Source: Candidatus Marinacidobacterium sp. (lineage in GTDB: Bacteria; Acidobacteriota; Vicinamibacteria; Marinacidobacterales; Marinacidobacteraceae). From it: 64,000 nucleotides of DNA. The stretch spans positions 64,001 to 128,000 of the forward strand of contig CBDCRI010000001.1 in NCBI GenBank assembly GCA_965220965.1, written 5' to 3'. The notes under the pieces are model-generated. The model had not been told where the DNA came from and ran no database searches. It saw only the letters and a list, made by a program, of their open reading frames with translations. The translations under genes were made by a program, and so were the position numbers. Positions 37,499 through 45,280 of this stretch are shown here, one piece after another (within the stretch, counting starts at the first letter, position 1; each line of letters starts with the position of its first letter).

Positions 37499-37823
37499 GG
37501 GTCCGGCATCCTACCGAAGGCCCCCGGAGGCGGCAAGGCGTTGCAAATGGGCGGCGACCGCATGAAGTGGCCGGGCGCGCTTGGTCGGATTCGGGGGCAA
37601 CGCCCAGGGCTGCCTTCTCATGGCCCCATCGCCCTCGCCGGCGACGCCTCGCGCTTCACCGACCGCCACGGACGCTCGATCAAACGGTTTTGCGGATCCA
37701 CCGGCCCCGGCCATCGCTGCCGACCCGGACGCCCCTTCGATCCTTGCGCACGGGACTTGCAGCGCTTTTCGAACGGCTTGCGATGCCCTATGCTGCAAAG
37801 CTTGGACTACAGAGGGGGGCATC

Positions 37824-38975
37824 TTGAGCGATTCTCTGCTTTCGCAACTGCGCGCCTACGCCTCGGAAGTGCAGGACTTCGTGCAGGACTGCACCAACGA
37901 GGAGCAGACCAAGCTCACGCTCGTCAATCGCTACCTTGAGGTCCTGGGGTTCGATGTCAGGAATCCCAGGCAGGTGCTGGTGGAGTACCAAACGGGCTTG
38001 GGCAAGGGCGTGGAACGGGTCGACTACGCGGTCCTTGAGGATGGCGAGCCGGCGATACTGATCGAGGCCAAGTCCGCGACCGCGCGCCTGACCCAGCGGT
38101 CCCCGACGCCCCAATTGCGGCGTTACGCCATCGACACGCCGAGCGTGCGCTACGTCGCGATCACGAACGGCGTGGAGTGGGAGTGGTACTTCAAGAACGA
38201 GGCGGGAAGGCCCGCCGAGCGGCCCTTTCTGGTGGTCGAGGCCCTGCGTCCGCGCAAGAGCGACGCTGAGTGGCTGTCGAAGCTAAGCACGCGCACGATG
38301 CACCAGGACACGTTTCAGGCGGCGCGCGCCAAGTACCTTAGGAAGCAGTTGATTGATTGGTTCGACCAGGCCCAGCACGCGCCTTCGGACGCGCTGCTGC
38401 GCCTCGTCGGCCGGGAGATCGACCGCCCGGTTCGGCCATCCCAGTTGGATGAGGCCCGGGCGCAGTGGGTGGGCGCCTGCGACCAAGCAAGGGAGGACTG
38501 GCTGCAGGAGAGGCTCGAGCGGGCGCAGCGCGCCGAGGACCAGAAGCAGGACGAACCCGAGGCGCCGGGCACCGCGGACGGGGATCATGAGTCGGCCCGC
38601 AGCCTGAGGTGCCAGGCGCGCGTGCCGGACGGCGACGCCAGGACCTTTGGCAACGCGACGGAACTGATGCTGTTCGTGGTCGAGCACTGCGCGGGCCACC
38701 ATCGCGAAGGCGAGCGGGCCTATCTGGCCGCGGTGGCCAAGCCGATGGCGGCGACCGGATCGCGCAAGGCGCTGATCGGGCCCGATGAGCAGGTCGATGC
38801 AAAAGAGCTAAGGCGCTACTCCCGAAAAACGTACAAAGGGCACCGTATCTTCAAGAACCTCAGCAACCCCCGCAAGCGGGCGTTGATCGAATCCCTGCTG
38901 TCCGCCTGCACGCTGGCCGACGGGTCCAGCCCGGCCCTCGGCAGGCATCTGGAGATCGAACTGCCCAACACGTGA
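37824..38975 (+). CDS. HsdR N-terminal-type restriction endonuclease domain protein
   Basis: NEEQTK..LEVLGFDV.NP..V..EY..RVDYA..IEAK..QL.RY..ITNG.EW (PD-(D/E)xK fold). Confidence 0.85.
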   Translation: MSDSLLSQLRAYASEVQDFVQDCTNEEQTKLTLVNRYLEVLGFDVRNPRQVLVEYQTGLGKGVERVDYAVLEDGEPAILIEAKSATARLTQRSPTPQLRRYAIDTPSVRYVAITNGVEWEWYFKNEAGRPAERPFLVVEALRPRKSDAEWLSKLSTRTMHQDTFQAARAKYLRKQLIDWFDQAQHAPSDALLRLVGREIDRPVRPSQLDEARAQWVGACDQAREDWLQERLERAQRAEDQKQDEPEAPGTADGDHESARSLRCQARVPDGDARTFGNATELMLFVVEHCAGHHREGERAYLAAVAKPMAATGSRKALIGPDEQVDAKELRRYSRKTYKGHRIFKNLSNPRKRALIESLLSACTLADGSSPALGRHLEIELPNT

Positions 38976-38990
38976 CCGGCGGGCCGCGCC

Positions 38991-39980
38991 TCAGGGCGGG
39001 GCAAGGGCCGAGCGGATGGAGCGGGCGACGGCCAGCGCAAGCGGCGGCGGCACCGCCTCGCTGACCTGGTCGATCTGCGCGGAGAGGGTTCCCTCCAGGA
39101 CGAAGTCGTCGGGAAACCCCTGCAGCCTCATGGCCTCGAAGACGCTCAGCCGGCGCGTGCCGGTCGGATGCACGTGCACTTCGCGGTGGCCGTAGGAGAC
39201 GGCGACGCTCGGCCTGTCCCACGCAAGCACCTTGAAGCTTCTGGCGGACGTCTGGCCCTCCGCCAGCGTTCCGTCGAAGAACTTGCGGGACCGCGGCGCC
39301 ATGCACCAATGGTTCTCGTGGAAGGGGATGGCGTCCCGGTCCATGCCCGCTGCGAAGAGGGCGGGCTGGGGCAGGCGGCCGATGGCATCCGCGACGGTGC
39401 GCCGCGGTCCGCCGCCGATCGGGGGCGAGAAGCGCTCCATGGCGCGGCCGGCCTTGGGAAAGGCCAGCACGAACAGCCGGCGGCGGCGCTGCGGCACCGC
39501 GTGCGCGGCGGCGTCGGCGACGAACGCGCGCACGTCGAAGCCGCTCCCCTCCAGGCGCTCGACCTCCCGGCCCAGCAGGCGGCCGTCCCGGAACCCCGCC
39601 AGTTCGGGCACGTTCTCCATGAGGATGAACCGAAGGGGGCCGCGGCGCCGGTGCAGGCACAGCGCCAAGGTGAAGAAGCGGCGGACCGCAGCGCTGCGGG
39701 GGTCGCCGGGCGGGCGGGTCCGGCTCGCGCGCGAGAAGGGCTGGCAGGGCGGGCCGCCGACCACGCCGGCCGGGGCGAACCGGCCGCCGTGGTGGCGGTC
39801 CATGTCCGCGATTCCGACCTCCCGCAGGTCGGCGACCCGCCCGCGGCCCGCGCCGTCGCGGTTGCGGTTCCAGGAGCGGACCGCGCTTTCGCGCAGGTCG
39901 TAGGCCAGCCCCACGCGAAAGCCGGCGCGCTCGAAGCCCAGGTCCAGCCCGCCGCAGCCGGCGTACAGGGAAAGCAGCAC
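38991..39980 (-). CDS. DNA (cytosine-5) methyltransferase
   Basis: YAGCGG, GGPPCQPFS, ENV, PQRRRRLF, RLQGFPD. Confidence 0.93.
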   Translation of the reverse strand: MLLSLYAGCGGLDLGFERAGFRVGLAYDLRESAVRSWNRNRDGAGRGRVADLREVGIADMDRHHGGRFAPAGVVGGPPCQPFSRASRTRPPGDPRSAAVRRFFTLALCLHRRRGPLRFILMENVPELAGFRDGRLLGREVERLEGSGFDVRAFVADAAAHAVPQRRRRLFVLAFPKAGRAMERFSPPIGGGPRRTVADAIGRLPQPALFAAGMDRDAIPFHENHWCMAPRSRKFFDGTLAEGQTSARSFKVLAWDRPSVAVSYGHREVHVHPTGTRRLSVFEAMRLQGFPDDFVLEGTLSAQIDQVSEAVPPPLALAVARSIRSALAPP

Positions 39981-40054
39981 GGGGCGCCTGCCCTAGGCCC
40001 TTCGGGCGGCCCGCGCGCCGCGGGGCCGGCAGGGGCCCGCGGCGGCGGCCGGGC

Positions 40055-41029
40055 TCACAGGTCCAGCGCCCGCTGGCGCGCCCTGGCCGGCCGCATCGGC
40101 CCCCGCGCCGACGGGTCGTAGCGCTCGAACGGCAGGGCCTTGTGGATGCCGCGGACCGCCCAGCGCTGGAAGCGCTTGAGGTCCTTGCGGCGCGGGTCGT
40201 AGACCATCGGGTAGGGCTTGATGCCGCGCTCCACCATGCGGTCGAAGCGGTGCTGGACGTCGGCCATCGTCTCGCCCTTGGCGTAGCCGGTGAGCATGTA
40301 CGCCATCACCCGGGACGGCGGGATGCCGGCCGCCTCCAGCCGGTCGATGCCGTCGAAGAACACGCGCTCCTGGCCCAGGCTGTCCCACGCGGTGTACAGC
40401 CGGCGCCGCACGAAGTCCTTGTCGCGGCAGTCCATGGAGGCCAGCGCCGCGGCCGCCTCGTCGTCGATCAGGCGCACGTTGACGCCCTGCGAGAGGCACA
40501 CCGCGAAGCCGCCGGCGTTGATGTCGGCGACGTGCCGCCGCCACTCCGGGATGCCGAAGAAGTCGTTGTCGAGCACGTGCAGGTGGCGGGGGTGCGGCTC
40601 GCCGCGCCACAGCTCGGCCACCGTCTGGTTGGGCCTGGGCCGCCCCTCCTTGCGCGGCACCACGCAGAAGCCGCAGCGCAGCCGGCAGCCGCGCTGCAGG
40701 AAGCCCAGGCTGTAGGACACCTCCGGGTGGTCGGCGTAGTCCGCCGCCTCGCCGATGCCGGGCACCGCCCCCTCCAGCGTCAGGGCGGCGTCCACGCCGG
40801 TGCCGCCGACCAGCGCGCCCGGGAACTCGCGGCGGAAGGCGGCCACCTTGCGCGCCGTGGTCGAGAACACCGCGCTGCCGTAGACCCGGTCGTAGGGCCG
40901 CTCGAACAGGCCGGGGCGGGCGCTGCGCGCGTAGACGACCTCATCGCCCCTGGCCCGGTGCCAGGCGGCCAGCCGCATGCAGGCCAGGTTGGGCATTCGC
41001 CCGTCGAGCTGGGTGACGCGCACGCGCAT
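40055..41029 (-). CDS. Radical SAM protein (phage/MGE type)
   Basis: PNLACMRLAAWH..GDEV; RGCRLRCGFCVVP (CxxxCxxC); LDNDFF. Confidence 0.88.
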   Translation of the reverse strand: MRVRVTQLDGRMPNLACMRLAAWHRARGDEVVYARSARPGLFERPYDRVYGSAVFSTTARKVAAFRREFPGALVGGTGVDAALTLEGAVPGIGEAADYADHPEVSYSLGFLQRGCRLRCGFCVVPRKEGRPRPNQTVAELWRGEPHPRHLHVLDNDFFGIPEWRRHVADINAGGFAVCLSQGVNVRLIDDEAAAALASMDCRDKDFVRRRLYTAWDSLGQERVFFDGIDRLEAAGIPPSRVMAYMLTGYAKGETMADVQHRFDRMVERGIKPYPMVYDPRRKDLKRFQRWAVRGIHKALPFERYDPSARGPMRPARARQRALDL

Positions 41030-41061
41030 GCGGGGACCGGGCGGGGCGGGCCGGGGCCGCC

Positions 41062-42153
41062 TCACAGCCTCCCGAACCCGGCCAGGTGCGCAGCGACCGC
41101 CTCGCCGAGGCGGCGCGCCAGCAGCGGCGGCACAGCGTTGCCCACCTGGCGCGCCACGCTGGCGAGCCCGCCGACGAACTCGAAGCCGTCGGGGAAGGTC
41201 TGCAGGCGGGCGGCCTCGCGGCCGGTGATGGCGCGGTCCTGCTCGGGGTGCCCGAAGCGCCCGCAGGAGTAGGTGGTGCAGCGGGTGGTCAGGGTCGGCG
41301 CCGGGGCGTCCCACGCCATGCGCCCGTAGACGCCGCGGAAGCGCTCCTCGCCGCGGTGGCAGTCGAGCCGCAGCCCGTCCGGCCAGCGCTCGCGGCCGCC
41401 GCCGGCCGGCGTCGCCCGGATGCGCCGCAGGTTGAGCGGGCTGAGCACCGAGGCGGCGTGCCCGTTGACGTTCGCGTCCGCCTCGCCGGCCGCCAGCGCC
41501 GGCAGGTCGGCGATCGCCCCGCGCACCGTCGCCGCGGCCCCGCCGGACGCCTGAGGCAGGGGCAGGGGGCCGTGCCGGGAGGCCGCCAGCAGCAGCCGGC
41601 TGCGGCGCTGCGGCACGCCGTGGCCCGCCATGTCCACGACCCCGCAGTCCACGTGGTAGCCCGCCGCCCGAAGCCTGTCGAGCACGGCGCGGAGCAGGAC
41701 CGCGTGGCGGGCCCGCTCGGCCAGCAGGGGCACGTTCTCCATGAGCGCCACGTCGGGACGGCAGGCCGCGACGGCGTCGGCGAAGCGCAGCATCAGCGGC
41801 CGGCGCCCGTCGCCCTCCGGAGGCGCGCGCAGGGCGCCGAAGTCGGTGAACGGCTGGCACGGCGGGCAGCCGACGAAGACGATGGGCGCGTCGCCTTGCG
41901 CCGCCGCCGCCGCCGCCAGCGCCCCCTCAGGGAGGGCGCGCACGTCGCCGCGGTGGAGCCGGCAGCCCGGCAGGTTGCGGGCGTGGGTGGCGGCGGCGTC
42001 CGCGTCGCTGTCCAGCGCCCACGCCAGGCGCAGCCCGGCGGCCTGCAGGCCGGCGCCGAAGCCGCCGCAGCCGCAGAAGAAGTCGAAGGCGGCCGGGGCC
42101 CGGCCGCGGGGCGCGGCCCGCCAGCCGTCGAGGCCGCCCGCGCCGCCGCTCAC
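41062..42153 (-). CDS. DNA (cytosine-5) methyltransferase
   Basis: FFCGCGG, GCPPCQPF, ENV, PQRRSR, YGRMAWD.PAPTLT, HPEQDR, QVGNAVPP. Confidence 0.93.
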   Translation of the reverse strand: MSGGAGGLDGWRAAPRGRAPAAFDFFCGCGGFGAGLQAAGLRLAWALDSDADAAATHARNLPGCRLHRGDVRALPEGALAAAAAAQGDAPIVFVGCPPCQPFTDFGALRAPPEGDGRRPLMLRFADAVAACRPDVALMENVPLLAERARHAVLLRAVLDRLRAAGYHVDCGVVDMAGHGVPQRRSRLLLAASRHGPLPLPQASGGAAATVRGAIADLPALAAGEADANVNGHAASVLSPLNLRRIRATPAGGGRERWPDGLRLDCHRGEERFRGVYGRMAWDAPAPTLTTRCTTYSCGRFGHPEQDRAITGREAARLQTFPDGFEFVGGLASVARQVGNAVPPLLARRLGEAVAAHLAGFGRL

Positions 42154-43304
42154 GCGGACACCAGCGCGCGCCGCAGCCCGTCCCAGTTGGCGAGCACGTC
42201 GTCCAGGGTGGCCTCGGAGATCAGCCCCTGGGCGCGCAGCGCGCGGGCGTGGCCCGACATGCTCTGCGCCTGGACCGCCTCGCCGTCCTCCAGGGCCTCG
42301 TAGATGGCGGCGGCCAGCCCGTCGCCGGACTCCATGAGCCGGTGGCGCAGCGTCTCGGTGAACGAGAGGCGCTCGCGCACCGCCACCCGGCCGCCGCCGG
42401 CCCGCGGCACCAGGCGCTGCGCGACCACCAGGCGCAGCGCCTGCAGGATGTTCTGGCGCGCCGACCGGCGCGCCCCGTCCGGGTAGGCCGAGAGCATGCG
42501 GTGCACGGTCTCGGCGACCGAGTTGGCGTGCAGGGTGGAGATGGCCGCATGGCCGGTCTGCGAGGCCTGCACGGTGGCCTCGATGGTCTCCTGGTCGCGC
42601 GACTCGCCGATCAGGATGACGTCGGGCGCCATGCGCAGGGCGTTGACGACGCCCGCCTGGAAGCTCTCGATGTCGGTGCCGACCTGCAGCTGGGTGACGA
42701 TCGAGCTGGGGCGGGGCACCTCGTCGAACACGTACTCGATGGGGCTCTCGATGGTGACCACGTTGCGGTGCGCGCGCTCGTCGGCGACGATGTGGCGGAT
42801 CAGCGAGGCCATCAGCGTGGACTTGCCGTGGCCGGTGCCGCCGCACACCAGGATGAGCCCTTGCCGGATCGAGCCGACGAAGTCGGCGAACGCGGGCTCG
42901 ACGCCGATGGCGTCGAGCGGCGGCGGCAGCGAGTCGATGGCGCGCATGGTCATGACCGTCGCCCGGCGCCCGCCGCGCAGGCACTGCACGGCGTTGACGC
43001 GGTAGCGGCGCGCCCCGTCCACCCCCTCGCCGAGGCGGGCGTAGCCGGTGTCGATCGGCTTGCCCGACGCCAGCCGCGCCTGGGCGTTGGCCCCGTACAT
43101 GTCGCGGGCGGCGAGCAGCGACATCAGCTCCGCGTCGCGCAGCCGGCGCTCCGACAGGGGCAGCTTGCGCCCCTCCACGGCCATCCAGGCCCGGTCCCCG
43201 GAGGGCAGGATGACGTCCGAGGCCCCGCGCCCCTGGGCGTGGGCCAGCACGGCGTCGAGGTCCTCCAGACGCTGCAGCTGGGCCGGGAAGCCCGGCATCG
43301 CCAC
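42150..43304 (-). CDS. dotB: DotB/TraJ secretion ATPase
   Basis: RYRVNA, GGTGHGKST, TIESPIEY, ALRMAPDVILIGESRD, TGH..TLH. Confidence 0.9.
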   Translation of the reverse strand: MAMPGFPAQLQRLEDLDAVLAHAQGRGASDVILPSGDRAWMAVEGRKLPLSERRLRDAELMSLLAARDMYGANAQARLASGKPIDTGYARLGEGVDGARRYRVNAVQCLRGGRRATVMTMRAIDSLPPPLDAIGVEPAFADFVGSIRQGLILVCGGTGHGKSTLMASLIRHIVADERAHRNVVTIESPIEYVFDEVPRPSSIVTQLQVGTDIESFQAGVVNALRMAPDVILIGESRDQETIEATVQASQTGHAAISTLHANSVAETVHRMLSAYPDGARRSARQNILQALRLVVAQRLVPRAGGGRVAVRERLSFTETLRHRLMESGDGLAAAIYEALEDGEAVQAQSMSGHARALRAQGLISEATLDDVLANWDGLRRALVSA

Positions 43305-43310
43305 CCGGCG

Positions 43311-43532
43311 CTACTCCCGGGCGGCCCGCAGGCCCAGCATCAGGGCCTTGCCCGGCTGGGCGCCCTCAAGGTCGATGGTCACGCGCTCGACCACCTCCCT
43401 GCGAATGGTCACGGTCCGGGCGCCGACGCTGGCGGCGTGGCTCGCCGCCGCCTCGACCTCGCTGTCGAAGAACCGCCTCCCCGCCACGTTGCAGGTCACG
43501 CCGCTCTCCGTCCTCTGGCTGATCACCCTCAT
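43311..43532 (-). CDS. Small hypothetical protein
   Basis: AAGGAG/GAGG RBS; 73 aa. Confidence 0.55.
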   Translation of the reverse strand: MRVISQRTESGVTCNVAGRRFFDSEVEAAASHAASVGARTVTIRREVVERVTIDLEGAQPGKALMLGLRAARE

Positions 43533-43608
43533 GGCCTCACTCCTTTCCTTTCAGTTTGCGTCCTTGCGGTGCCGCGGGCGCCGTCCGGCGCCCGCCCCCA
43601 TTGTTGCA

Positions 43609-43857
43609 TCAGCCGCCCGGATTGGGCTTCCGCGTCCCGGGCGGCGGCCCGGCGCGGGCCGCCCGCCCCCCGTCCGCGGCCAGCTCGGCAACGGCGGCGC
43701 GCACGGCCGCTTCGGCGTACTGCCGGCCCCCGGCCGGCCCCATCGGCCGGGTCAGCAGGGCGCCCATCACGCTGTTGCCGACGTCGCAGCCCTCCGCGAG
43801 CGAGGGGTCGTCCTTGATGGCGCGCTTCGCCATCTCGATCAGCTCCCGGTCCGACAT
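43609..43857 (-). CDS. Small protein, weakly GatB/YqeY C-terminal-like
   Basis: AGGAGG RBS; TGGTATAAT at 43928-43936; DVGNSVMGALL..AAVRAAV. Confidence 0.5.
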   Translation of the reverse strand: MSDRELIEMAKRAIKDDPSLAEGCDVGNSVMGALLTRPMGPAGGRQYAEAAVRAAVAELAADGGRAARAGPPPGTRKPNPGG

Positions 43858-44018
43858 GCTTTTCGTCCTCCTGCGTTGGATCCGTCTCCCGCGGGCCCGC
43901 CTCGGCGGCCCCGCCAGCGACAGATGTATTATACCATAGACCGCTCCGGGCGCGGGGGGACCGTTCGGCCGCGGCATCGTACAATCCCCGGGGACGCTTC
44001 ACGCAAGGAGACCGCCCG

Positions 44019-44366
44019 ATGACGCAGGAGACCGTTGAGTCCGTGGTCGCCAAGGCCCTGGCCGGCCGGCCGGCCGCGGACTGGACCGGGGCCGAGGCGC
44101 GCCTGCTGGCCCACGCCCTGCACCCGGCCGGGGGGCGGCTGCGCTCGGCCAACCCGCGCCCGACCGCCGAGGACCGCGAGGTGCTCGCCATCTGCCGCGG
44201 CCTGTTCGGCGCCCTCGGCATCGAGGTGCCGGCCGCGCTGCGCGCCCTGCGCGACCGCCTGCCGGAGCCGGGGGCGGCGGAGCGCGCGGCCGCCGACCGG
44301 GTGCGGGCGCGGCTGCTCGAGGCGGTTCGCCGCCGCGACCCGCTGGCCTGGGGGGACGCCGCGTGA
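44019..44366 (+). CDS. Hypothetical protein
   Basis: AAGGAG RBS; TACAAT at 43980-43985. Confidence 0.65.
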   Translation: MTQETVESVVAKALAGRPAADWTGAEARLLAHALHPAGGRLRSANPRPTAEDREVLAICRGLFGALGIEVPAALRALRDRLPEPGAAERAAADRVRARLLEAVRRRDPLAWGDAA

Positions 44367-45268
44367 GCCGCCGGCCCGCCCTCGCCGAGGGCCACGCCGC
44401 GGTCGGCGCCGTCGCCCGCCTGGTGGAGGCGCTGTCGGCGCCGGCCACCGTCCGCCATCTCGCCACCGCCGCCGAGGCCGGCGGGGGCGGGGGCGCCCCG
44501 CTGCAGGCGGTGATGGTGCTGCACGGCCCGGCCGCCGCCCGCCTGATCGCGCCGGGCATCGACGGGGCGCGCACGCCGAAGGCGTACGTCGACGCCGCCT
44601 GCCTGGCCGAGGCCTCCTTCCAGGCCCTCATGGAGGCCGGCGAGGCCGAGGTCGCCGGCCACGGGCTGATCCTGTCGATCGACCCGAAGGCCGACACCGA
44701 CCTCGACTTCTCGGGCATGTTCTCCGGCGGCCTGCACTTCTGGGCGCAGGCGCGGCCGCCGGGCGGCGGCGTCGAGTGCGTCCTGTGCCTGCCCGAGCCG
44801 GCCTGGATCGCCCTGCACCTGGCGGAGACCCACGGCCCCGGCGAGCGCGTCGCCCTGGCCCAGCTGATGGACGCCTGCGGCGACGCGGCGCTCGGCCAGG
44901 CCCTCAACCGCCTGCGCCAGGACAACCCGCTGCCCGCCGCCTTCCGCGCGGCCAGCCACTTCCTTGACGCCATGGGCGAGCTGGCGGTGGGCGGCCGGGC
45001 GCGGGCGGCGGCGCTGGCCGCCGGGCTCGACATGCCCTCCGGCCACCGCGCCGCGCTGAAGGACCGGCTGGGGCTGCCGCCGCCGCCCGGCGCCGGGCGG
45101 CGGCGGCCGCGCGACTGGACGCTCGACGAGCTCCTGGAGGACGTGCCCCTGCTTGACGGGGCGCTCGCGGAGCGGGCCAGCGCCTGGGAGGTGGAGCGCT
45201 CGATGCAGTGGCTGGCCGGGGAGGCCGCCAGCGGCCCCGGCGCCCCGCGGGCCGGCCCGGCCGTCTGA
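44363..45268 (+). CDS. Hypothetical protein
   Basis: GTGA-coupled; coding-like GC3. Confidence 0.65.
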   Translation: MSRRPALAEGHAAVGAVARLVEALSAPATVRHLATAAEAGGGGGAPLQAVMVLHGPAAARLIAPGIDGARTPKAYVDAACLAEASFQALMEAGEAEVAGHGLILSIDPKADTDLDFSGMFSGGLHFWAQARPPGGGVECVLCLPEPAWIALHLAETHGPGERVALAQLMDACGDAALGQALNRLRQDNPLPAAFRAASHFLDAMGELAVGGRARAAALAAGLDMPSGHRAALKDRLGLPPPPGAGRRRPRDWTLDELLEDVPLLDGALAERASAWEVERSMQWLAGEAASGPGAPRAGPAV

Positions 45269-45280
45269 GGCCGGGCGCCG

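Noticed and set aside
42150-43304. Type IV pilus retraction ATPase PilT
   Set aside because: The dot/icm context and absence of pil genes favour DotB.
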